A stretch of DNA of 64,000 nt from Pseudomonadales bacterium (GTDB lineage Bacteria > Pseudomonadota > Gammaproteobacteria > Pseudomonadales > Azotimanducaceae), in assembly GCA_965214305.1 (NCBI GenBank), contig OZ243949.1:2515962-2579961 (forward strand), in the 5' to 3' direction. Below, piece after piece: positions 19,434 through 29,384 of the stretch; positions within the stretch are counted from its first letter, which is position 1; each line of letters begins with the position of its first letter. A model generated the notes under the pieces. The model was not told the origin of the DNA. It saw only the letters and a program-made list of their open reading frames with translations, and searched no databases. The position numbers were made by a program, and so were the translations under genes.

Positions 19434-19946
19434 GTGAGCAGCTTTATTGGTATTAAGAGGATTATTGTGCAGAAATACGGCGTTATAGATCGATTCAACG
19501 CAGATATACTCCATAAGCTCGAGCGCGATGGTCGCATCAGTTGGGTGCGCTTGGCTGAGCGGGTGAACCTCTCCCCGAGTGCCTGCCAGCGGCGCGTCGA
19601 ATCGCTACGGGCGAACGGCGTGATCGAGCGTTTCACCGTCCGCCTCAACGAAGCGGCCTTGGGGCAGCGGGTAAAGGCTTTCGTCGCCGTGCGCATTGAT
19701 CGTCAGAACCCCGCCGTCGCCCGGGATTTCCGTAACTGGGTTGCCGATCACCCGCGAGTGCAGACCACCCACATGGTCTCGGGCGCCGAGGATTTCGTGC
19801 TTGAAGTAGTGGCCCCGGACCTCGAATCATTCGGCAAGTTTCTGGACGACGAACTGCTGAGCCTGGCGGCCGTGAAGGATGCTTCGTCCTCAATCGTGCT
19901 CGGCGAGGTCAAGTCGAGGCGGACGGCAATCGCTTTGCAACGCTGA
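19434..19946 (+). CDS. Lrp/AsnC family transcriptional regulator
   Basis: The HTH is DRFNADILHKLERDGRISWVRLAERVNLSPSACQRRVESLRANGVIE, followed by an RAM domain. The true start may be GTG at 19467. Confidence 0.85.
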   Translation: MSSFIGIKRIIVQKYGVIDRFNADILHKLERDGRISWVRLAERVNLSPSACQRRVESLRANGVIERFTVRLNEAALGQRVKAFVAVRIDRQNPAVARDFRNWVADHPRVQTTHMVSGAEDFVLEVVAPDLESFGKFLDDELLSLAAVKDASSSIVLGEVKSRRTAIALQR

Positions 19947-19987
19947 CGCCCGGGAGCCTCCGCCTATCTCATCAACGCTCTGGTTGC

Positions 19988-21070
19988 TTATAGCCGAGTA
20001 TCCAGGGCTACCGATTTGATTAGCGCGTACAGTTCAAGCCCCGGCTCAAGATTGAGATTGGTGCTTGAGACCTTGGTGATTCGAGAGCGCAAGGTCTGTC
20101 CGCCGCAATCCAGATCGACGAGCACGGTGCCGTCGGGGGCGTTCTGCAGGGCCCGCACCCGGACAGGCAGATTGTTCAAGAAGCTGGTACCAGTGGGTTG
20201 GCCTAGTGCCAGCCCAACATCGCGCGCGGGAATCTGTACGCGCACTGGGCTTGGTGCCTTGCCAAAGTTACCGCGAATACGCAGTGCGAATTTGCCCACA
20301 CTGAGCGTGCTCAGATCATTTTCGGAGTCGTAGGAAAGAAACTCGCAGTCCAGAAGCGCGCCGGAGTCGATGTGTGGTGACAGCGAGTGGTCCAACTCGG
20401 CGGCCACCTGCTCCGGTCTGCCGGTACCGATGACTCGCCCAGCCTCTAGAATAGTTAGATGATCAGCCACTTGCAGCACTTCCGGCAGCGAGTGGGTCAC
20501 ATAGACCACCGGTCGGCCGAGTTCGCGACATAGGCGGGCCACCATTGGCGCCAGTTCCCGGCGCGCCACCAGATCCAGAGCGGAGAGCGGCTCATCGAGC
20601 AGCAGCACCTCGGCGGGCTTGAGAAAGGCGCGCGCCAGCGCCACCCGTTGCTGTTGGCCCCCGGATAGTGCCCGCGGTTTGCGGCGGGTCAAAGTCTCTA
20701 GGCCGAATCGGGTTATCGCCTCGTCGAGCGGCCCGCCCTGAGGCACCGCCTTCAAGTTGTCGAGTACGCTAAGGTGTGGGAATAAGGCCGGTTGTTGCAG
20801 AGTCATGCTGACCGGACGGCGGTGCGCGGGCACCTTATCCCAGGCGCAACCATTAAGGCCCACCCTAAACGCAGGGGCCTCCTCCAGCCCCGCAATGATG
20901 CGCAATACCGTTGATTTGCCCGAACCGGACGCACCGATTAGTGCGCTGACGCCATTGCCCGGCAGCGTCAAATCCACTGCTAATTCGAACCCGCCCGTCC
21001 GCGCGAAGTGGCCGCGGACGGTTAGACCCCCACTGTGATCGATGGGGTTCTCAGAACTGTCGGATCTCAT
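19988..21070 (-). CDS. modC: Molybdate ABC transporter ATP-binding protein
   Basis: Walker A is GASGSGKST, the signature is LSGGQQQRVALARA, and there is a C-terminal TOBE/Mop-like domain. It lies downstream of modB and modA. Confidence 0.88.
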   Translation of the reverse strand: MRSDSSENPIDHSGGLTVRGHFARTGGFELAVDLTLPGNGVSALIGASGSGKSTVLRIIAGLEEAPAFRVGLNGCAWDKVPAHRRPVSMTLQQPALFPHLSVLDNLKAVPQGGPLDEAITRFGLETLTRRKPRALSGGQQQRVALARAFLKPAEVLLLDEPLSALDLVARRELAPMVARLCRELGRPVVYVTHSLPEVLQVADHLTILEAGRVIGTGRPEQVAAELDHSLSPHIDSGALLDCEFLSYDSENDLSTLSVGKFALRIRGNFGKAPSPVRVQIPARDVGLALGQPTGTSFLNNLPVRVRALQNAPDGTVLVDLDCGGQTLRSRITKVSSTNLNLEPGLELYALIKSVALDTRL

Positions 21071-21107
21071 CGTTCTGCTTGTGCATCGGTTCGCGGCAAC
21101 GCCACCT

Positions 21108-21779
21108 TCATCTATGGATAGGTCGGGCTAGTGTTGCGTAGGTTAGGGTAAGCGCCAGCAACGATGCCACCAATAAGAACCCGGCCGTCAGGTGGGCACT
21201 CGCGTAGTCGAGGGATTCGACCTGATCGAAGAGCAATATCGACAACACCCGCGTTTCACCGGGAATGTTGCCGCCAATCATCAAAACGATACCGAACTCG
21301 CCGACCGTGTGGGCGAACCCCAGCACCGCCGCCGCCACGAGCGCGCGGCTGTGCATGGGCAATATCAGACGCAAAAAACGCATCGTCGGCGCAAAGCCCA
21401 TAACCGATGCGGCGTCGAGCAATTCGTTGGGCGTGTTGCGAAAACTGCTGGTGAGCGGTTGGCTGACGAAAGGCAGGGAATAAATTATCGAGGCGATCAC
21501 TAAGCCCGTGAACGTGAAGGCAAGCGGTTGTCCGGTCACCCATCGCCAACCCGTGCCCAGCCAGGCTTCGTCGGCCATGGCCAGCAGCAGATAGAAACCC
21601 AACACGGTCGGTGGTAGAACCAATGGCAAGGCAACCAGTGCTTCGACCAAGGCCGCGCCCTGTCGCTTGGTCTGTGCTAGCCACCAGGACAAAGGCAGTG
21701 CCACGACCAACAGAATGACCGTGACGATACCCGCCAGCGCGACGGTTAGGACGATGCTTTGCAACAGGTCTGAGGTCAC
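21108..21779 (-). CDS. modB: Molybdate ABC transporter permease
   Basis: 223 aa five-TM permease with an EAA-like loop (DAASVMGFAPTMRFLRLILP). Confidence 0.88.
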   Translation of the reverse strand: MTSDLLQSIVLTVALAGIVTVILLVVALPLSWWLAQTKRQGAALVEALVALPLVLPPTVLGFYLLLAMADEAWLGTGWRWVTGQPLAFTFTGLVIASIIYSLPFVSQPLTSSFRNTPNELLDAASVMGFAPTMRFLRLILPMHSRALVAAAVLGFAHTVGEFGIVLMIGGNIPGETRVLSILLFDQVESLDYASAHLTAGFLLVASLLALTLTYATLARPIHR

Positions 21780-21862
21780 CGGCTATCGCTCGGGCACCGG
21801 GAAGGCGGGGGAATCCATCCCACCAAGGGCCGCGATGTTCGCGCTGGCAAAAGAACAGGGCA

Positions 21863-22630
21863 CTATTGATAGCCCAGTTGCGTCAATCGAGCCTGGGTGG
21901 CGGCACTGGTCATAAAACTCAGTAGCTTTTGCGCCTCGGCGAACGCGGGGCTGCGCAACAGCACCACCGCACCTTGGTTAATTGGTGTGTGGAAGTTGCT
22001 CGGACAAACCCAGTAGTGCTCGGGCGGAATATCCCTCGTCACAAGCTGGCTTAGCGCCACGAAACCGAACTGCAATGCCCCGGTCTCCAAAAAGTGATCC
22101 ACTTGATTCACATTGTTGCCGAATACAAGCCGGTTCTGAAGTTGTTGCGATACCCCCAGCCTTTGCAGGCATTGCATCGCGGCGGTGCCATAGGGCGCAA
22201 GTCGGGGATTGGGTAGGCCGATACGGTGGGCGGCGCCGAGTCGCTCCGGGTCGATGGGGGTAGACATCCTCAGCGCCACCCGACCCCTGGCGTAGACTCT
22301 CACCGGCGCGGTGGCCAAGCCGTCGCCAATCAGGGCTTGGGGGCGCAGGGTATCTGCGGAAAAAAAAGCGTCATAGGGCGCACCTTGACGAATCTGCGCA
22401 CTCAGCAGCCCGGATGAGCCGAAGGTGGCGGACACTCGGATGCCGTATCGGTCTGTAAATTTCTCGGCCAATTCCGCCAAGGGCGTGCGAAAGTTGGCGG
22501 CAACGGCAACCCGCAAAGCCCGCGCGGGTGGTCGTGCCGAGTCAATACCGTTGGAGGTCGCGGCGATTGCCCGTATTGGCGTCGTCAGCAGGCAAAGTAA
22601 CAGCAGTGCTAGCCCGCCTATCTGACCCAC
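21863..22630 (-). CDS. modA: Molybdate ABC transporter periplasmic binding protein
   Basis: The C-terminal 255 aa of listed ORF 21863..23533 read as ModA (LRVAVAANF...ATFGSSGLLSAQIRQGAPYDAFFSAD). The proposed GTG start at 22630 gives a signal-like VGQIGGLALLLLCLL. Confidence 0.8.
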   Translation of the reverse strand: MGQIGGLALLLLCLLTTPIRAIAATSNGIDSARPPARALRVAVAANFRTPLAELAEKFTDRYGIRVSATFGSSGLLSAQIRQGAPYDAFFSADTLRPQALIGDGLATAPVRVYARGRVALRMSTPIDPERLGAAHRIGLPNPRLAPYGTAAMQCLQRLGVSQQLQNRLVFGNNVNQVDHFLETGALQFGFVALSQLVTRDIPPEHYWVCPSNFHTPINQGAVVLLRSPAFAEAQKLLSFMTSAATQARLTQLGYQ

Positions 22631-22737
22631 TTTCGTCGCGAGGGTGCCGACTGTCTCTGCTTGCGAGAGGCATCCCCTCGCGCACCCCGGGCTGGAGGCT
22701 CCGTCGTCCGCGGTAGGCAGTTGATGAGATAGACGGG

Positions 22738-23442
22738 CTAACCCGACGGAACCCGCGCCACCGCCCACAGATCGACACGGGTTGCGCCGGCCAAGAGCAG
22801 TGCCGAGGCCAGTTCCGAGGCGGTTGCTCCCGTTGTCATAACGTCGTCCACGATGGCGAGATGCCCCGCGAATGGCCGCGTTGCCCGGAATGCGCCCCGT
22901 ACACTTTGGGCGCGTGCGTCGCGTGATTGTCCGCGTTGTGGTTTGCGGCCGCTGATGCGCTTGATGCCTCGACGATGCACCGGCAAACGATAGCGCCGCG
23001 CCAGCGGAGTGGCCAGTAGAACGGCTTGGTTGTGGCCGCGCCGAAGCAATCGGCCGCTGGTAAGCGGTACTGGCACCAGCCCATCCGGAATATCCGCCTG
23101 CGCCATTTCGACACCACGCCCAAGCAGGCCGCTCAGCAGCCTCGCCTCGCCGAGACCCCGTGCCAATTTGGCGGCGCGTACCCAGCGTCGTACGGCACCC
23201 GCGTAAAGCAGGGGTGTGATCGTGGCCGCAAAGGGCGGCGGTGTTTGGACGCATTGTATGCAAACCTCGTCCCTGTCCGTTGGTGGGCAGACGGTGGTTG
23301 GTTGGGGCAGCCCACAGCGACGGCAGGGGTGACGATTCCACGCCAAGCTTTCCTCGCAGTGTGTACACAGGTCGCAATCCCGGTCCATTTCCCGGTTGCA
23401 GAGGCGACAAACGCGCGGTATCCACCAGTCGACAAATCCCAT
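22738..23442 (-). CDS. comF: ComF family protein (phosphoribosyltransferase-like)
   Basis: It has N-terminal Cys4 zinc-finger motifs (CRLC...CTHC, CRRCG) and the C-terminal PRT motif LAIVDDVMTTGAT. Confidence 0.85.
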   Translation of the reverse strand: MGFVDWWIPRVCRLCNREMDRDCDLCTHCEESLAWNRHPCRRCGLPQPTTVCPPTDRDEVCIQCVQTPPPFAATITPLLYAGAVRRWVRAAKLARGLGEARLLSGLLGRGVEMAQADIPDGLVPVPLTSGRLLRRGHNQAVLLATPLARRYRLPVHRRGIKRISGRKPQRGQSRDARAQSVRGAFRATRPFAGHLAIVDDVMTTGATASELASALLLAGATRVDLWAVARVPSG

Positions 23443-23597
23443 CAGCCCGTTTTAGCGCCAAAATACCCCTGCCGCTAGCGGCCAATCGCCAAGGATTTTG
23501 TCGGTTTATCGCCATAGGAACAATTCCCGGCAAATGTGGATTTATTCTGATGCAAGGCTAATATCGAGTATTTAGGACACCACTGGGGGGATTTGTC

Positions 23598-25343
23598 ATG
23601 TTGGAGTACCGGGCGCCGGAGCGGGATTTGGAGTTCCTCTTGTTCGACCTATTCAAGGTCGGCGAGGAATGGCGCGACATTCCCGATTTCTCCGATTTCT
23701 CCGAAGATTTGGTGCGCGCCGTGGTGGGCGAGGCGGGTCGGGTCGCGGAGGAAGTCATGGCACCGCTCAATCAATCCGCCGATGCCGAGGGTTGCCGGTG
23801 GCACGACGGCGTGGTGACGACGCCAACGGGTTTCAAGGCAGCCTACGATCAATTGGCCCAGGGCGGCTGGTTGGGTCTGGCCGGTAATCCGCGTTACGGT
23901 GGCCAGGGCATGCCCAAACTCCTCGGTTGCTTGGTGGAAGAGATGTTTTGGGCCGCCAACACCAATCTTTATCTGTATGCCGTACTGACCGCCGGTGCCT
24001 GTATTTGCATTGACACCCACGGCAGCGAGGCGCAAAAGCGGCTGTACCTGCCAAAGCTCTATTCGGGTGTGTGGAGCGGTGCCATGGATCTCACCGAACC
24101 CCAGGCGGGGACGGATCTCGGTATCATCCGCACAAGGGCTGAAGCGGTGGGCGACGGCACCTACCGCATCGCCGGCACCAAAATTTTCATCACCAGCGGC
24201 GAACACGATTTGGCGGAAAACATCGTCCACCTGGTGCTCGCCAAGGTGCCCGGGGCACCAGCGGGCTCTCGCGGCATCAGCCTTTTCATCGTGCCCAAAT
24301 TTATTCCCAACGCGGACGGTACCATCGGTGAGCGCAATGCTGTGCTGAGTGGTTCCATCGAGCACAAAATGGGCATCAACGGCAGCGCTACCAATGTCAT
24401 GAATTACGATAATGCGGTTGGTTTTCGCGTTGGCGAGGAGAACGCCGGCCTTGCCTGCATGTTCACCATGATGAATTACGCACGGCTATCCGTCGGGTTG
24501 CAGGGCTTGGGTGCGGGCGAACTGGCCTATCAGCAAGCGTCCCGCTATGCCCGGGACCGGTTGCAGGGGCGCTCCCCCGATGGTGCGCAAAATGCCGATG
24601 CGCCGGCGGATTCGTTGCTGGTGCATCCGGATGTGCGCCGCATGTTGCTCAGCATCCGCGCCTACACTGAAGCCGGACGCGCCTTTGCGGTGTTAGCTGG
24701 CCTCAGCCTCGACCGCGCCAAGTATGGGGGCGATGTGGAAAGCCAGAAGTTGTCGGAACTGTTGACGCCCATAGCCAAGGCGTTCCTGTCCGATCGCGGC
24801 TTTGAGTGCGCGGTCATGGGGCAGCAGGTTTTCGGTGGCCACGGCTTTATCAAGGAGTGGGGTATCGAGCAGGTGGTGCGGGATGCTCGCATCGCGCAGA
24901 TTTACGAAGGAACCAATGGCGTTCAGGCACTTGATTTCGTTGGCCGCAAGGTTTGTCGGGATGGCGGGCGAACGCTCTATGCATTGCTCGACAGCATGCA
25001 AGCCACATCGGTGCCGCCCTGTTATCAAAAGCCGTTGGGCGAGGCGATTGCTCGGCTGCGCTCCGTGGCCGAACAGGTTGTTGCCCGAGCGCGCGACGAT
25101 GCGAATGTTCCCGGTGCCGTTGCAACCGATTTTCTCGACCTCACCGGCCATACCCTTTATGCCTGGTTGTGGGCGCGTATGGTCGCTGCCGCGGGCGACG
25201 ACGAATTTGGCCGAGCCAAGCGGCGTACAGCGGATTTCTTCTACGCTCGGCTGCTTCCTAAAACGCTGGCCCTAGCAGCCGGTGTGCGTGCCGATACGGA
25301 TGTTCTGATGAGTTTCGAAGACGCGGCATTTTTGCGTGGATGA
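23598..25343 (+). CDS. Long-form acyl-CoA dehydrogenase (with C-terminal extension domain)
   Basis: 581 aa. It contains LTEPQAGTDLG...KIFITSGEHD and QIYEGTNGVQALD. Confidence 0.88.
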   Translation: MLEYRAPERDLEFLLFDLFKVGEEWRDIPDFSDFSEDLVRAVVGEAGRVAEEVMAPLNQSADAEGCRWHDGVVTTPTGFKAAYDQLAQGGWLGLAGNPRYGGQGMPKLLGCLVEEMFWAANTNLYLYAVLTAGACICIDTHGSEAQKRLYLPKLYSGVWSGAMDLTEPQAGTDLGIIRTRAEAVGDGTYRIAGTKIFITSGEHDLAENIVHLVLAKVPGAPAGSRGISLFIVPKFIPNADGTIGERNAVLSGSIEHKMGINGSATNVMNYDNAVGFRVGEENAGLACMFTMMNYARLSVGLQGLGAGELAYQQASRYARDRLQGRSPDGAQNADAPADSLLVHPDVRRMLLSIRAYTEAGRAFAVLAGLSLDRAKYGGDVESQKLSELLTPIAKAFLSDRGFECAVMGQQVFGGHGFIKEWGIEQVVRDARIAQIYEGTNGVQALDFVGRKVCRDGGRTLYALLDSMQATSVPPCYQKPLGEAIARLRSVAEQVVARARDDANVPGAVATDFLDLTGHTLYAWLWARMVAAAGDDEFGRAKRRTADFFYARLLPKTLALAAGVRADTDVLMSFEDAAFLRG

Positions 25344-25509
25344 TCAAGAAGCCAAGATCCTGCCGCAAACGCTGACGCGCGCAACAACGCCGGATTGCCG
25401 ATAGAGAGCGGGTCTGCGGGTCTCCCCTTGGGGCGCGTCCAGCTCGTTCCCGCCTCCCGCACAAGCAGGAAAAGGGTGCCCAGCGCCGCAAGGGAAGACC
25501 CGCAGGCTC

Positions 25510-25707
25510 CTAGTTCAGCTTGTTTATCAGGCGATAAGCGGCGATCAATATCCCGAAGCCGACGTAACAGCCAAACAGTGCGATAACGAGCAAAAGCCCC
25601 ATCTGCGGAGTGACCACCTGATGCATCACCATGTAGACGATGGCGCCGACCAAGGTGAAGAATGAAGCGGGCACAAGAATAAAGCCGAGCCGCTTGGTTG
25701 CCTTCAA
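25510..25707 (-). CDS. Small two-TM membrane protein (hypothetical)
   Basis: 65 aa with two clear hydrophobic helices. Coding is plausible but unsupported by any family match I recognise. Confidence 0.4.
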   Translation of the reverse strand: MKATKRLGFILVPASFFTLVGAIVYMVMHQVVTPQMGLLLVIALFGCYVGFGILIAAYRLINKLN

Positions 25708-25842
25708 TGTCGTGCCTCGTCCTACTTCCTGTTAGAAGACGGCGGTGGCGGTTTCCACCGTCAATATCGCTCTCGCAGGCTCCTAGGAGTCTCTGCCGAG
25801 GCTTTGAAACATTAGGCTCGGCTACCAATGGAGTCAACAGCT

Positions 25843-25931
25843 GGTGGTGTCTCAGTTTGCATGGCTTTGGGTTTGGGCGTAGCCCCAACCGCGGCGTCCC
25901 ACGGCCGAGAAATTCAAACTGATACACTACC
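25843..25931. mobile_element. MITE-A copy 4 (degenerate)
   Basis: GGTGGTGTCTCAGTTTGC...CAAACTGATACACTACC has the same length and layout as the other copies. It overlaps the last 6 codons of mpl. Confidence 0.45.
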
Positions 25932-27323
25932 CAACAGCTCATGAAGTGTGGCGGGCAGCTTGCGATGAATGCCCTGGAAGCCTCCGTTCGACAGGATGAC
26001 GATGTGGCGCCGCCGCCGCGGCAGTTCCGCCACGGCATGCAGTAATGCGTCCAAGTCGTCGAACAACCGTGCCGGGACCGGACACTTGGCGACCACTTCG
26101 TCCATGTTCCAATCGATGTTCTCGCCACGGAACCAAAAGACGCAATCGGCGGCCCCGGCGCAGCCGATGAGGTCCGCGCGCAATGTGCCGAGTGACATGG
26201 TGTGGGTGCGCGGCTCGATGATGGCGAGAATTTCCTCTTGGCCAACGCGCTGGCGCAACCCTTCAAGCGTCGTGCGAATGGCCGTGGGGTGGTGGGCGAA
26301 ATCGTCGTAGAGGGTCGTACCGCCAACTTCGGCAATGACTTCCAGGCGCCGTTTGACCCCGGAAAACCGATTTAGCGCATCAATGGCCGTGGTTGGCGAC
26401 ACACCCGCATGGTGCGCCGCAACCAGTGCGCCCAGAGCGTTGTTAATGTTGTGTGAGCCGAGTTGCGACCAGTTGATGCGGCCAATCCGCTCGCCATTGC
26501 GAGCCAGATCGAAGGCGCTGCCGTCGGGCGCGGCATTGCGGTGCTGCCAGAGTTCCCCGTTGTCTTGCTCCAATAGGACTTCCGGGGGGCTGTTTCCGAA
26601 ACGGGCAACCGGGGTCCAGCAACCCCGGCCTATCACTTCATTCACGGCCGGGTCGGCACTCGGCGCCACAATCAGCCCGTCACCGGGTACCGAGCGCAGC
26701 AGTTGCTGGAACTGCGTTTGGATTGCCTGAAGGTCGGCAAAGATGTCGGCGTGGTCGAATTCCAAGTTGTTGATTACCAGGGTGCGGGGGCGATAGTGGA
26801 GGAACTTGGAGCGCCGGTCGAAATAGGATGTGTCGTACTCATCGGCTTCGACCACAAAAAAAGGGCTGCTGCCGAGACGCGCCGACCGGTTAAAGTTCCG
26901 CGGCACACCGCCAATCAAATAGCCGGGTTCCAGGCCGGCGTAGTCGAGAATCCAGGCCAGCATACTGGCGGTGCTGGTCTTGCCGTGGGTTCCGGCAACC
27001 GCCAGCGTCCAGCGGCCAGGCAGCACCGCCTCGCCGAGCCACTGTGCCCCGGAGGTATAGGGTAGGCCGCTGTTCAAAACGGCCTCTACCGCTGCGTTTC
27101 CCCTGGGCAGCTTGGCGTTGCCGATGACAACGAGGTCCGGGGGCGGCTGCAGATGCTCCGGCGTGAACCCTTCGTAAACCTGTATATCGGCGGCGGCGAG
27201 CTGGTCGCTCATCGGCGGATACAGTGCCCGGTCGCTGCCAGAAACCGCATGGCCCAGCTCGCGTGCGAGCTGGGCGAGGCTGCCCATCAGGGTGCCGCCG
27301 ATGCCGAGAAAGTAAATCTTCAT
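25914..27323 (-). CDS. mpl: UDP-N-acetylmuramate:L-alanyl-gamma-D-glutamyl-meso-DAP ligase
   Basis: MKIYFLGIGGTLMGSLAQLARELGH...VAGTHGKTSTASM is a Mur ligase architecture specific to Mpl. Confidence 0.9.
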   Translation of the reverse strand: MKIYFLGIGGTLMGSLAQLARELGHAVSGSDRALYPPMSDQLAAADIQVYEGFTPEHLQPPPDLVVIGNAKLPRGNAAVEAVLNSGLPYTSGAQWLGEAVLPGRWTLAVAGTHGKTSTASMLAWILDYAGLEPGYLIGGVPRNFNRSARLGSSPFFVVEADEYDTSYFDRRSKFLHYRPRTLVINNLEFDHADIFADLQAIQTQFQQLLRSVPGDGLIVAPSADPAVNEVIGRGCWTPVARFGNSPPEVLLEQDNGELWQHRNAAPDGSAFDLARNGERIGRINWSQLGSHNINNALGALVAAHHAGVSPTTAIDALNRFSGVKRRLEVIAEVGGTTLYDDFAHHPTAIRTTLEGLRQRVGQEEILAIIEPRTHTMSLGTLRADLIGCAGAADCVFWFRGENIDWNMDEVVAKCPVPARLFDDLDALLHAVAELPRRRRHIVILSNGGFQGIHRKLPATLHELLGSVSV

Positions 27324-27533
27324 TGAGTATATCTGGCGGAGGGGTTGCCCCAGCCCCGCAAAGCCCGTGATCCAACTGAACGGGGTCTAACCCGGATACC
27401 CCGCCAACTTCGTTGCAATACGCTGGCACCTTCAGCCTGGGAAGCGCGAAGGGATCCGCTTCGCTGGAGAAAGCGTTAGCGAGATATCCGGGCCAAGCGT
27501 ACCACCCGGCAGCGGCTGGGCATATGGTGTTTC

Positions 27534-27621
27534 GGTAGTGGCTCAGTTTCAATTTCCGCCGCCCTAGAGACCAGGCCCGCGTTGGGCCGAGGTCAAGAAG
27601 ATTTTTCAAATTGAGCCACTA
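27534..27621. mobile_element. MITE-A copy 3
   Basis: It is about 85% identical to copy 1 over its full length. It lies in the divergent mpl/pfp intergenic region. Confidence 0.7.
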
Positions 27622-27722
27622 ATCTTGTTTTCCTTGCGGGGCATGAGGGTGCGGATGCTGTTATAGTCCCCGCCTGCCAAAACCTTCGATACGTCGAGCA
27701 TCCTCTTTAGGTAAACAAGCAA

Positions 27723-28991
27723 ATGGCGCGGGCCAATGCCTTTTATGCACAATCGGGCGGGGTAACCTCCGTTATCAACGCCACGGCTTGCGGGGTTATT
27801 GAGACGGCGCGCCAGCATTCTGACAAGATTGGCAAGATGCTGGCGGGCCGCAACGGCATTCTTGGCGCACTCGCCGAGGAATTGATTGACACCGGCCGCG
27901 AATCGGCGGCAACCATTGCCGGATTGCGCCACACACCCGGCGGCGCTTTCGGCTCCTGCCGCTACAAGCTCGGCACCATTGAGGATAATGAGCGGCAATA
28001 TCGGCGCCTGATTGATGTCTTTGCCGCCCACAACATTCGCTACTTCTTCTACAACGGGGGCGGTGACTCCCAGGATACGGCGCACAAGGTCTCGCAGCTT
28101 GGCTCGACCTTGGGCTATCCCATCACCTGCATCGGCATTCCCAAAACCGTCGATAACGACTTGCCGTTCACCGATTCCTGCCCCGGTTTTGGTTCAGTGG
28201 CCAAATACGTGGCCGTCTCCACCCGTGAGGCGGCGCTTGATGTCGCCTCCATGTGTTCGACTTCCACGAAGGTATTTATTTTGGAGGTGATGGGTCGGCA
28301 CGCCGGATGGATTGCGGCGGCCTCGGCTTTGGCTCAGCAAAAGCGTGGCGACCCGCCGCATCTCATTGTTTTTCCGGAAGTGCCCTTCGATGAGGCGGCC
28401 TTGCTGGCCAAGGTGGATGGAACGGTGCGCAAGCAGGGCTACTGCGTCATCGTCGTCTCCGAAGGTGCCCGCTATGCCGACGGTGCTTTTCTGGCCGATG
28501 CCGGCAGCAAGGACGCCTTCGGGCACACCCAGCTCGGTGGTGTGGCGCCGACACTGGCGAACATCGTCAAAACAGGCCTGGGCTACAAATACCATTGGGC
28601 GGTGGCGGATTACCTGCAACGCTCAGCCCGCCACATCGCTTCCGGCAACGATGTCGAGCAAGCCTATGCCATGGGGTGGGCGGCGGTCGAGTTCGCCCTC
28701 GCGGGCAAGAATGCCGTCATGCCCGTGGTGGTGCGTTTAAGCGACGAACCCTACCGGTGGAAAATCGGCGAAGTGAAGCTCTCGCGGGTTGCCAATGTTG
28801 AGCGCAAGATGCCGAAAAGCTACATCAGCGCCGATGGCTTCGGCATTACCGCGCAAGCCCGGCGTTATCTGGCCCCGCTGATCGCCGGGGAACATCACCC
28901 GCCGTACCGGAACGGCCTGCCCCAATACGTTGCGACCAAAAACACCATGGTGGCCAAGAAGCTCGGTTCCTTTCAAATTGGAGCTATGTGA
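27723..28991 (+). CDS. pfp: Pyrophosphate-dependent 6-phosphofructokinase
   Basis: 422 aa. It has PFK family motifs SGGVTSVINA, GIPKTVDNDL and EVMGRHAGWIA. Its length and layout match the PPi-PFK group. Confidence 0.8.
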   Translation: MARANAFYAQSGGVTSVINATACGVIETARQHSDKIGKMLAGRNGILGALAEELIDTGRESAATIAGLRHTPGGAFGSCRYKLGTIEDNERQYRRLIDVFAAHNIRYFFYNGGGDSQDTAHKVSQLGSTLGYPITCIGIPKTVDNDLPFTDSCPGFGSVAKYVAVSTREAALDVASMCSTSTKVFILEVMGRHAGWIAAASALAQQKRGDPPHLIVFPEVPFDEAALLAKVDGTVRKQGYCVIVVSEGARYADGAFLADAGSKDAFGHTQLGGVAPTLANIVKTGLGYKYHWAVADYLQRSARHIASGNDVEQAYAMGWAAVEFALAGKNAVMPVVVRLSDEPYRWKIGEVKLSRVANVERKMPKSYISADGFGITAQARRYLAPLIAGEHHPPYRNGLPQYVATKNTMVAKKLGSFQIGAM

Positions 28992-29000
28992 CTTTAATTG

Positions 29001-29024
29001 GGCATTATGTAGCAAAATCCGCAG
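29001..29024 (+). repeat. Solo copy of the IS1595-type terminal inverted repeat
   Basis: GGGCATTATGTAGCAAAATCCGCA has 1 mismatch over 24 nt to the 5060, 8011 and 9351 copies. It lies 10 nt after the pfp stop. Confidence 0.6.
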
Positions 29025-29049
29025 AGCCAGGCTCGTGGCCGTCTGCGGC

Positions 29050-29384
29050 GGCGGAGCGACATATGTTTCGCAGCGGCGCTTGCATCTCTCCATGTCTTCC
29101 GCGAAATCAAGCCACATCACAACAATCCGATTGAGCTCATCGATCTCACGAATATCGCGGATGCGATCCAGCATCTCATCGAAGTAGTCGGGCATCGCGG
29201 CTCCGGCGACTGGCGGGTTCTTTAGGCGCTCGTCATCCACCACGAAGCCCTTGAGCAGATACTCGCTCAACCGCGCCGTCGCCCATTGCCTGAACTGGGT
29301 GCCGCGAGGGCCGCGAACCCGGTAGCCGACCGCGAGAATAGCATCTAGGTTGTAGTGCTTGACCGCACGCCGCACTTGGCGCAC
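29050..29384 (-). pseudogene. RhuM-family protein remnant
   Basis: YNLDAILAVGYRVRGPRGTQFRQWATARLSEYLLKGFVVDDERLKNP...DYFDEMLDRIRDIR is joined directly to ELNRIVVMWLDFAED. The N-terminus, the middle and the extreme C-terminus are all missing. Confidence 0.55.

Noticed and set aside
21863-23533. 556-aa ORF spanning modA and comF
   Set aside because: Only the C-terminal 255 aa look like ModA. The upstream part is low-complexity and overlaps the well-supported comF frame. modA was re-started at GTG 22630.
25241-26335. 364-aa minus-strand ORF bridging the acyl-CoA dehydrogenase 3' end and mpl
   Set aside because: The sequence is low-complexity and Arg/Ser/Pro-rich. It overlaps mpl in another frame and also overlaps the small membrane-protein ORF region.
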